Shown here: positions 25,301 to 37,300 of the stretch, piece by piece | Layout of the letters: the number at the start of each line of letters is the position of its first letter | How positions within the stretch are numbered: position 1 is the stretch's first letter | Source: Botryllus schlosseri | Taxonomy: Eukaryota | Length of the DNA: 64,000 nucleotides | Direction: 5' to 3' | Assembly: GCA_051294905.1 (NCBI GenBank) | Contig: CM119373.1 | Coordinates: 8,556,001 to 8,620,000, forward strand | Notes under the pieces: model-generated | Database searches by the model: none | Told to the model about the DNA's origin: nothing | Seen by the model: only the letters and a program-made list of their open reading frames with translations | Program-made: the position numbers and the translations under genes

Positions 25301-28300
25301 TTCTACTAAACTACGAAAACGATAGATTAACACGGTATGGGTTCAGGTTCCATATTGAATATTGCAACGACAACATCATTACAATAAAAACTGACAGTTT
25401 TGTATTGAACACGGGTTTGTATATTGGCAGCTACAGGTGCCCAATTGGTAGTTACATGCACATCAATAGCCTTAATAGTGATTCTGGTTTACCAGAAAAT
25501 AGTACGATCCGACTCCGGCCGCATGAAAAAAAAAAGAATTCTGCTCCGGGACAAAATGATAAAATCAGGCCGAATATCCATTACGGCTCCAGTACATGCC
25601 CCGCTCTACAAGCCTTGGGTCAGATTTAATCTATAGCGTTCAACGCGAACGATAGAATCATTATATTCTTTTTTTAGTGTTTATGATGTTTCAACTACAT
25701 TGTTATTTAACAACAGTTAAACATTCTTGAATTATTTTGATTCATGATCTGCCAACTCGCAGCACGGTCCCCTTTCGTTCCATATGGTTTTTGTAAGATA
25801 CCGCTTACGCGGATCGGGAGGGGAGGAAGAGCTTAGATCAGGGGCTAGCAACAGACGGCCCGTGGGTCGGTTCGATGTGTTCTTTGTTTTCTGATTTAGT
25901 CACGTGACAAGCATGTTATTTCCGTTACAAAGGGCCTTTCAGTCTCATGCATTGCCTCAAGCCGGAAAAACCGATCAAAGTGAAATTTGGGCTGAATAAT
26001 GTAATACTTAGAGGCGGAGCGGACACAAGTAATATTGATTGTTCATTAACATTAACAAGAAGAAGCTGCGGTCCGATCCAACTGATGTTCACGTGTAGTT
26101 TGATTCTATCTACACTGCCGACGAGTTCAAAGAACTTGAGAACAAATTTGATCGACAACAGATGCAGCATTGGCTTCAACAAATATTGAAGTAGACAATG
26201 TTAATGAGTTCATTAAATACTGTTTGGTTACCTATGCGGTAAACTTAAAGTTTACATTAAATATGATTAATTCTTTGTCGAGGTGTACAAATACGCGATT
26301 AATGTATCGATTCAGGAATCCGACCCGCCAAGTACTTCATTTTTTCCATATCAGACCAACAGACTGATGAAGTCGCCTGCGTCTGGCCTAGATAAACCCG
26401 CTGCACTTCGGTAGGAATTTTGGAGTCAATCTCGTGACGCAATTGGTACGTGTTGCAGCTGTCATCATAAACACCCACTTTTATATGCAGGTCGTAGTTA
26501 TATCATATATCATACACATTAATTAGTTATAGCCTATCTTTTAGAACGGGACATTGCGACGTGATACACCAGTAATACGTGCGATATACTCACTGCAGAG
26601 CAGCAGCATCGGACTAAACATGCTTGTGGTAAACATATCCTTTGCTTGTTTAATGATCTCCGGCTCCGGTACAGAATCATCCTGGGAATTGACGTCGGTG
26701 CCAAAGGCAGCTGAGCACATTATGTCCAGGGAAAGTCGCAGGAAAAGTCTGAAAATGGGAGGATTGTGCATATATTTGAAATCGAACCTATAGCGATTAA
26801 ATGCCCACTTAGAGGTACATCGATTTGAACAGCCACAACTCACACACGTAGCCAATGCTGTCATAGGCTAATATATACCGTGAAACGAGAGCCTTCGATT
26901 ATGAAACGAATATTGTTTGATTGTTATGCAAAGTAATGCGCTGTGGATGGAACCTGCTTATTTCCCTCCATTTGCCAATGCATGTGTTCGTGGTTGGGCA
27001 AAACGATTAGATTTCACTCGTCGAATCAGATAAATTCGTCCCGAGTTCGTAACGTTGAAACTTCCAATTTGTGGCTATTTGGCATGCCAACATGTCCCAC
27101 ATGTCACATATTTGCATTTTCTAGTCATGGTTACTGTTATGACGCCATTATGGGCGAAACGAAAACACTCGACTCGGAGTGCATGTAATCACTCTAGAAC
27201 TTAGGATTGCCCTGTGATTCTACAAAGTTCATTTTATTCTTGACCAGTTGCTGACGATTACCCCTGACGAGTGTCAGCCGAAAATACTCGGGTTCATTTT
27301 AATATGAATATACAATTCAAGTTCTGTACCTCAAAGAAGCTCTTCAAATATAGCGATTTATTGTATATTAATATTATACGTATAGCCTGTAGCTAAGGCA
27401 TGTATCAGTTGTATCACATATGACAGTGAGAGCAATTGATTTATACACTTGGACTCATGATAACAAAAGCATTGTAGCGGGCAGAGATTAATTTATTCAG
27501 CACGCGTTTCTTCCAAAAAGCCCGCATTATTATGGCGAATTGGTACTAGTTCGCATACACCGAGGTTGAGAATTGAAACAGGTTATTACCTGACAGAATG
27601 GGCGATTCCTTATAGTTATTCAACAGAGAATAGCCAAAATTTAAATGCTCGCAGCATGTTAGTTTCCCTGCATGAATGCAAGTAATAGGTAATAGTGACT
27701 GTGAAAAAGCCTTGGGAGTTAAATGTGTACTGCGCAATCGTTGGCTCCGAAGGGTACACTTTTAGCGAAACAACATTTTAATCCAAGTGATGCTTGCAGG
27801 AAGGGCGTATAGCAAGGTATGCACGTATGCACGTAGGATATAATTCTGAGTTCGGCTCTGTTTACGAGTACCACCTTTTGAGTGAGAATACCCACTTTTT
27901 CGCTAAAAGTATGGCCTGTAATGACATCTCCTATCAATAGCACAGGTGAGATAGCGTATAAGTGTGGTAGTTCTCAGCCGGGGATCCACGAAGCATTTTC
28001 AGGGGGTCCGCAAGACCTATTTTAATATTCAATTAGGAAAAGCATTAGACAGTTTCGCTTCATAATTGTTGAAACTTTAAGACTCACATCATTAAAATGG
28101 CCGTCTGAGATGAAACATCCGAATGTGCAAACTCATATTAATTGTCAGATTTCCAATAACCTGCCGATGCCAAGATATTGCTGTTTAGAGACGAGTTGTT
28201 AGGGTTTGTGGAAAAAATAAACTGTTACCGGTAGCATTTTGGATTTGAAGTTGTCAGACTCAGCAAATTAGCAAACAGTCGTTTGAGATATAAATTCCTG

Positions 28301-31300
28301 AATTTTTTCCTAATCTGGCCCAATGATGGAATAGAACCCTCGTTCCGAAATCCATTTTCTCTTGTTATAAAACCACTAAATAACTTTAAGGTGACATGCT
28401 AGATATAAAGGACTAGGCTTGACGTGATATGTTCATTAAAAACATGCACCAAAAGCAGTCGACGAAAGCGATACGCGTTATTATTACATTCACCACTAAT
28501 ATATTTTTGTGGAAATGGATTTTTGGCACTCGCGTATCCAATATCCAATCGGAGTCACGGATTTTCACGACAATAAATGCAGCTGCAAAATTCGTTTTGA
28601 AATAATGATAAAAGTCTACCCAATTTCTACATATAGTAAAATGCTATTTTCAGGAAAAGTCATTTTGTGGCTGTTTGTCACTATCTTACAATCAATGTTT
28701 GCACGAGACAGATGACGGTTACACGATAATTGAGCTAACGAAACTTGAGGGGGTCCGTGGCGATCAAAAAGGGGTCCGCGAAGACAAAAAGGTTGAGAAC
28801 CACTACCGTAGTGGTTCGAGTCCGGCTGAGTTCGACTCCAGAATTCCTGTCTAAGAGTTGCAGGTTTATCTAGGCTCCTTCTCGCCAAGTGATCCGCGTA
28901 AGTGGTGTCTTATATAAATCATAGAAGTGGGCCGCGCTACAATTCGGTAAATACGGAATAAAAATAAAGAGCATCGGACAGTGTAAAATGACCAATATTG
29001 TCGAAAACCATGAATATCAAACAATAAACAAACAAACACAATATTTACGCTGAAATTTTATCCTACAATGGCATTTACTATCAATAGCACCGGTGGTCTT
29101 AACGTCGGTACTTCTACGTTTTTGGAGTATTCAAGGGTGTTTTAGTATAGATAACTAAGGTAAACCGTAGATGCGACACTCGCGAGCATTACGTAACGTC
29201 ACGCTCCAATTATACTCTACGGCACTGTTGTTGTTTTGCTTGGCGCTTATGCAGCAGGAGGCAGATTTCAGCATTAGGATGGTAATATCTATCCATGGGG
29301 TATGTTTAGCGAGTAGCTGCTCCGTATGGTTACTAACCAAGGTTGTTGGATCCATGCTACACAATCTGTGCTAGGAAAACGAGCAATCGAATACAACTTT
29401 GAAGCCATTAAATACGGCTGGCCGAAGCGTGTTTCTTGTTTCTCTATAGATAGAAGTTCCGAGGTGTCGAATTGAAAGTAATTATACTACTAATGACGTG
29501 TTGGTATAATATCAATCAGAATAAGAAACCGCATTTCAGTTGACGCGGGCTCGGCCTCTTCAAATTCTGTAGATACCGTTATGCCGCTTAGCATGGAATC
29601 GCGCCTTGTAGTAATAGGAATTATTGTTACTTGACAGAGAATAAATTCTTTGAATCTACTTGTAACCGGTAACCGCTGTGACTTGGCCAATGAAGGTGGA
29701 TTTGATTGAAAGTCACTGCTCACTGACCATGTTATCTGCTGTATAATGTCCAATGACAGAGAGGACAATGATGGCAAAGAAGCAAGTGGTTGCTGGATAT
29801 GAAATTTATACAAGGGTCACTATCATACCACCTACCAGCTATCTTCATTCAAGAAGTCAGTAATGGAATCACGCTATCCGAATACGACAACCGAAATATT
29901 GATGGATTTTGGTACGAATTTTAGTCAAAGCTGGTGATCCCACCAAGCATTTCATGCATGGGACTATTTCTATGAAAATTTATCAAGGACCAAGTTTCTT
30001 CTCGACAAAATGAAACTAAATGACGATGCTGAGTCCAGTCGAAGAGGATGAAAGTAAAGGTTGTGAAATTTATGTGACACAAGAACTACGTAACATCATT
30101 GATGATCCCTCTATTATTGCACAGCTTTGCCAAAGAGACTCTGTGAATGCCTGCATGATGGAGTGACTAGCGTAACTCCACAGTCAGATATCCAAATCAC
30201 CGCTGGAATTTATCTCAGAAGCACAAAACTCCATAAAATCAGCACAATGTCAATTTCATCGTTTGAGCTGTCAGTGAAATGATTTTTCACATTTGACATA
30301 ATTTAACTGGATCATTTGTTTCCGTAAGGCGGCTTCTATTTGCCACATTTTTGACACCCAGTATTTTCAAAACATGCAGTTCAACCAGCGGGATTCGCAG
30401 ACCATCTGCTTTCAGATGTAGGAGCACCTCTACGTACCAGATTGTCACCTACCCTCATTAAGCATTGAATTCTACAAGATAATAGTTACACACAACTATT
30501 TTCACTCTCATACTACAAGATCCTGGTCAACGGGCAAATCTATAGTTATCTGCATCTAATAGTAACCTGGCTCGAAATCTATTGTCCACTCAGGGTCTCT
30601 CATTTGTAATTCACTGTCACAACATATATCCGTGAACAGTCGTATGATGGGTGTAGAAAATCTTCATCTTGTCGTCATATCATTACTGTTAACCTATTTA
30701 ACCCTTACATTATTCTAATCATATATGTTTACGACTATTTATACAATCAGATGAGACAGTGTACAACATGTTTGATGTGGGTGTGATCCGACAAGTTGAT
30801 TGCGAAGGTCTCATCACTCATTCCTATCCTAGTATTGCGCATGTGTAGGCTATATCTTCCATGTCATTATTGATGCTGCCTTATTTGTTATGTATTTCGG
30901 TTTGATGGAAATATAGACACTCCCTTACTCCTGTGACTTATGACCATTGATTCGGCTCTCTAATCCTTGTTAGGCTCTCCCAGGTGAGACAAATTTGGTA
31001 AAATCGCATTTTAATGCTTCCTTCTTCATGATGATATAGAAAATAAATCATGAAATATGGCACATAAACACAAAAACACATGGACTGTTGGTTATGTAAC
31101 AGTCAGATATATTTTGGCAGATTCCAACAGGTGGATAGTGACGAAATACTTCTACTTTTTCAAAGTACTCAAGTAAGCTACTTGTAAGACTTACTAGCAT
31201 GGCTATGATATTTGACTACTTCTAAACTCAGCCTAGAATAACAACTTTTTGCCTTATTGGAAATCGCTACTTTTACTTGCGTTAGAGGTGAAATTATAAC

Positions 31301-34300
31301 ATTTCTACTTCAGTATCGGGCTTGTTTGCCTCCAAAATATGAATATTTGGCCAAGCCTCCCTCTTCATAAATGAAATGAAGCAGCCACGTGGTTGGAAAT
31401 TGCAATGCAGATTTTACAATTTCCAAACCGCGGTGTTCTCCTCCGAGAGGGCCACGTGTGTTGTTGAAAGTGCCCATGCAATGTACTGAGGACTTTTGCT
31501 CACAACACACCAAATTTTCCTCCTTAAAGTTTCTTCTTCTTTGACTGGACTCATTAGCTTCATTGTGCCGAGCAAAAAGTTCGATGAATTTGATCCTTGA
31601 TGTTTCATAGAAATAGTCCCATGCGTGAAATGCTTCTGCATTATCACCTGCTTCGACTGAAATTCACATCGACTTCCATCAATCTTCTGCTTGCCGCATT
31701 GGGACAGCCGTATTCCATTACAGACTTATTGAATGAAGATAGATGGTAGGCAGTAGTATTGTGGCTATTCTGAGCAATGCACTAGGTTCCAGGGTCTTAT
31801 CACCAGTTGCCACTTGCTTCCTTGTCGTCACTCTCCATATCATTGTATGTACATTATTCAGCAGATCTTGAATAAGATCAGCAGTGAGTAGTCTCAATCT
31901 AATCTGCCTGTCCAGGCCAAGTCGCAACAGTTCCAATTAGTTTCAAACAAATAATCGTCTGTCAATAAAAATTCCTATTGTTATTAGATACAGCGTGATT
32001 CCATGTTAAGCAACATACCGGTATCTACAGAATTTGAAGGGATCGAGACCGCGTCAGCTGAAATGCGGATATATTATTACACGTCCGAGTCATCACTTTC
32101 AATGCAACACCTCACACCAAGGAACTTCAATCTTGAGATACTGGAAATCCGCTTCGGGCAGCCGTATTTAATGGCTTCAAAGTTGTATTCGATTGCACGT
32201 TTTCCTAGCACAGATTGTGTAGCATGGATCCAATAAGCTCGGTTACTAATCATACGGAGCAGCTACTCGCTAAACATACCCCATGGATAGATATTACCAT
32301 CCTAATGCTGAAATCTGCCTCCTGCTGCATAAGCGCCAAGCAAAACAACAACAGTGCCGTAGAGTATAATTGGAGCGTGACGTTACGTAATGCTCGCGAG
32401 TGTCGCATCTACGGTTTACCTTAGTTATCTATAGTTTTAGGCTACTTCGAGTATGCTAGTTCTACTACGCTATCTCGTCACAATTTGAATACGTATTGAA
32501 CCGTGTACTTTTAATTGAGTACTTCTACTTTCGCAATATGGGTGATCACTTTGACTACAACTCTCAATAATAAGAGCAAGAGCATATACTTGATCACACT
32601 AGCTGTTAGGTGGGGTTACCTTATTTTGACATCCGGTAAAGAGGACACTTTTTACAAATCACAAAACTTGTAAAACCGGACAAGAAAACGGACAATTTGA
32701 TAATTTTTACTGCATACACTGTCGTGTAGACTAGAAATTATAAGAATATCATTTTTCTAACTCGACTGCCGGAATACCTGCTCTAACGTAAAATTTTTGA
32801 CCGTCGCTACCGATCAAATCCAGTTTTAGCGTCATTTAAGGCGTCTTTTAGTTGTGACCGTACCATTGCCTGACTGTCAAAGCTATAAAGGAGGAAGAAT
32901 TGCCAAAAGGCAGGCCATTTGGGCGTCATCGGAGGACATTTTCGATTTCTTGAAAACGGACGACAAATCCTCCTAAAGTAGGACAGATGTTTAGCCTATA
33001 TTATATCTACAGTTGCAATTATCATGTGTTACGGTATGCTCCCCGGTCACACCTGTCCACAAAAAAAGGGTTTCTACTATCATTCAGACCGCAGACTTGA
33101 TAACCACTCAATCTCGATGCTTGCGCGTTGCTACGAAGTTTGATGTCATATGATTTTGTGTGCAAAGAAGGCTACACATCACTCACGGTCGAGACTTGAA
33201 AACACCGCCGTTATTTTCAATTCGACGATTTAAGACGAGAGTCGTGTTGTCGACGCATCGATCCATGATACACGTCATATGTCGTAGTTTGGACGTAGAG
33301 AAAGTAGGACTAAGGGACGATCGTATACGCTTCCATTGGGGCCCTTCTGCAGCTGTAAGGCGTTGATTCATTTGTTTTCCTGTTATCTTCGCTAACGATC
33401 TCTGAAATTCACATTAGTCGTTCAGTTTCCTGTTGTGACTGAGGCATAGCGAGAATTACTGCTGCAGCAGTCACTAAATGGTCTCAAATTAATGTTGAAA
33501 GTATAGCAAAGATTTTGGCAGCAGCCCGAATGGTCTTAACGTACTTCGCCAATCTTCGTGGTATCGATGATATGCACTTCTTCGCTGTTGCATGTTCCAG
33601 ACGTGATCACCCACAGAACAACATTCACAACCTCAGTAGCGATTTTAGATCACATCACATTTAGAGCGCAGCGCCCTTTTGAAGTCAGAATTGTGACGCC
33701 ATGTTTATTACAGGACCATGGCAAAGTTTACCCTCTCGCAAGTTGTTTCAATGATTAAACGACGTATCGGACTCGTGACGTCATATAAAGGATTGGCCTA
33801 CAAATTCACAAATCAATTGTCTTTGGGGTGCATTGTAGGAAAATAATATATGTATCAGTATCCGTGTCACCTGTCAGGACATGTATACTGGTAGACGTGG
33901 TAGGAAAATACAGAATTAAACTAGCCGTAGCTTCGGGAAAGCACCTGATGAAGCATCCTAATGATTTTTAGCAACGCGTTGCGTGACTCTCAAGTTGTTT
34001 TGGTGACCTGTCGCGACGGTTTGTGAAAAAACTCTTATTATAAATGGGCCTAAAAACACAATGTTTCTCGCAAATCTTCATTATCTCTCAATTTTGTGAC
34101 AGCTCTCCACGAGTCGAGATCACTCAATATTTAGGAATGCCTCGCTATAGTATCGTTATATACATTATATCCGATGTTATCAACCCAGTATGTATGAGCC
34201 ATGACCCTGTTTTCAGTGGACTCCTTTTGTTGACACAGCCTTGGCTGGTGTACTTACACAAAAATGGACTCCAAGGCACACAAAGCCGTTAACCCTTTCA

Positions 34301-37300
34301 TTTGTGTGCCTTGCAGTCGACTTTTATCAAAATACACCAGCCAAGGCCGTGTCAACAAAAGGAGTTCGTGTACCATCTAAAAATAGTACATTGAACGCTC
34401 TCGTATTCAACATTTCATGCTGCTGACGTCATATTTTTAGATACGACTGTTGTTGATGTACGATGTTATTTTCAATTCTCTACTAGTTGCTGACGATCAC
34501 CCCTCACGAGTGTCAGCCGAAAATATTCGGGGTTATTTCAATATGAATATACTATTGAATTCTAGTGGTTTTATATATTACATGACACGATGGGTAGTAA
34601 CAAAACTATTTGGTTGAAAACATCCAATGCTCACCTTTCTTGTTGGGAAAGAGTGGAATTGCTTAATCTGTATTTGCCGCAGAATATCTGGATCATGGAA
34701 GGTGATACTGGGCGTGAAAAAATTGTAGCACCTAAAAATAAAAATGTGAGATCGGGCACCGTTTTATTTCACACGGTGATATACAGCAAAATTGCTAAAA
34801 TCACTGTTTTGCTTTGCAAAGATGATAATCTGACTTCGTACTAGGTACAAAAAAATCAATTGTCAAATACGTCGTCTTGTTAATGAACTGATCATTCGCT
34901 ATGTATATCGTCTATCCTAGGCGTTGTTATACAATAAATAGCCTACTAACCCCCAAATTGGTCCATATTTTTGCTTCATTTCGTTGTCGTAAGTGAAGGC
35001 TTTCTGAATACAAATAACTTTTAGTGGTGGGAGTACTTTGGTAGTCGATCATTTTTCCCAGACCTTTTAATATCAAGTAGAGTGTTTTTACCTGAACCAC
35101 TTTTAAGATTTATCAATTGAAATACTTGGCAGGTCTTTCTCATTCTATCCACGAGATTCGAATTGTCTTAAGAGCAATACCCTTACACGAACTAATGCGC
35201 CTCATTGAATATTTCTTTGATCACAGTCGGTATTTACAGAAATCTGAGAAATCGCCGTGAAACTCAAAGCGTAGCTAATATATTTGAACAACCTTCTGGC
35301 GATACTGAACATAGATTATACCGAATAAGATATTCATATTCCTTATTGATTTCGTTGCAAACTTCTCGATAGACTCCCACCAGAATTGAAGAACAGTAAT
35401 TAGAGGTTACGGAAATCTAAGTACTCGCTGAAAATGACGGGCACCACGGGATGGCAGTCAGTCACGATAGGACAAGTTAAATAAATTGACATTTAAAGCC
35501 TATATCACGCTGCAATATTTATATTTTCGAGATATTTCTAAAAAAGCAATATTTAGTTTTTACCCGTTTCATCGGAACCATGTGGCCGAACTGGCGCAAA
35601 GACGGCGGATCATGAGGAATATTCATCTCCCGCAGATACTGCCATTTGCGATGAATGTAATAACTGCGATTTACAAATCATCATTAGCCTTTGCGAAGGG
35701 TTGAAGCAGCAGTTCCAATCACGTCCAATGCAATCCATACCATGTACTTCAAGGGTGGGGAATAGGTGTATTTATGAGATATCCATCATAGCGCATAGGG
35801 TGCAAATCAGGTCATCGGCACTTTCTGGTACCAGCTTATGTTTTCACATCCATTCTAAGGGGTGAAAATGCGTCAAATACACTAATCTATACGGTGATAT
35901 ATAAGCTGGGTGTAGTGCAGGGGTTGTCAAATCGGAGTACGCGCTCCCACCCAGGACTACGTGAAAGAATTTGGATGTACGCGAGCAACCTTTTTTTCTG
36001 GCACTGTGACAATTTTCTTCAGTGATTTAGATATCATAGTAAAAAGGAAGAAAAACGTTTGAGCTGACCAAATGCAGCATTTGAGGTCTAAACCACCATG
36101 CTCTTATACATTGCAGTGTACCGATACTCGCGTCAGCTTTATTAACTGCAGTGAATCTCTGTTTTTCTACTGCATGGGTGAGGAGGGTTTTTACTTGAAT
36201 TAATGTTGAAATCGAATTCGTTCCACCAGTGTTGCTTGTTCAACATGATGACTACTTCATTAACTATATACAGAGGTGGTCAGTAACGAAGTACTTCTAC
36301 TTTTTCGAAGTACTCAAGTAGTTTTCCTCTAATTCTGGTACTTACTCAAGTAGATCTGATTTTCGCTACTTCTACTTCTACTTCGTAATATTTTGTGATC
36401 TACTTACTTACTTTTCGCTATTTTCAGTTTGTGAAGTAGAAGTAGTTCAATCTTCCAATCAGGAAGATAGCCTGAGGAATTTCGGGGCCGTTTCAACGGA
36501 GTATCAACATATAATTTTCATAAAAGTTTATAAAGCCCAAAATTTTCGTCGCACTTTGCGTGCAGTGCTGGATACGGAGTAACCAGTATGATTTCACGAA
36601 GTATCGGCGAATATAATATAGGTAGAGGGTTGGCGTTGCTCCGTTCACACCACATTGTCGCCATTCGTCCATATTAAATAATTCATCATAGTATATATGG
36701 CTTAACATAACGTTTGAAACTGATGTTTCACAATCTAGCATTTACTTGTCATATCGTAATCTAGCATGTCCATTGTCCATTGTCCATGGCGTGTTTAAAT
36801 CTCGAAAAGTGGACTCTGATATTTTTTTAGTTTCAGAGCTATTTTGCATACCACCTTTGAAACTTTCTGGACTAAAAACATGAAATACATGTTAGAAGTA
36901 GTATTTATATTTCACTTTCAATTCCCAGTATCATATACTTTGAGTTATAATTATTATCAGTTCTTTTGTCTGGATAACATACATATTGCAGTATAAAAGC
37001 AAGTGTAGTAATGCCTTTAATTTCTGGAAATAAAGCTACACAATATGGCATTTTTACGGTCCCCAATATTTTTTATTTACGTTTACTAATCGCGCAAAGT
37101 GTTTACACCGTATTCCATACAACTTCTCCGTATTGTTCTTCGACTAAACTACAGGCCTTGTAATATGGGGAATCGTGTCATACCATGCTATTTTCTAAAA
37201 CGTGCTGTTCGAGAAAACAGTGGATTAGCATCACATTTTCATATCAATACTATCATTTTCATCCCATGATGTGGACGAATACTTATGCTATCGAAAATTG

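Noticed and set aside
33379-33382. Internal CAG acceptor for exon 5
   Set aside because: Out of phase with exon 4; the upstream acceptor at 33401 gives an in-frame junction without needing an extra micro-exon
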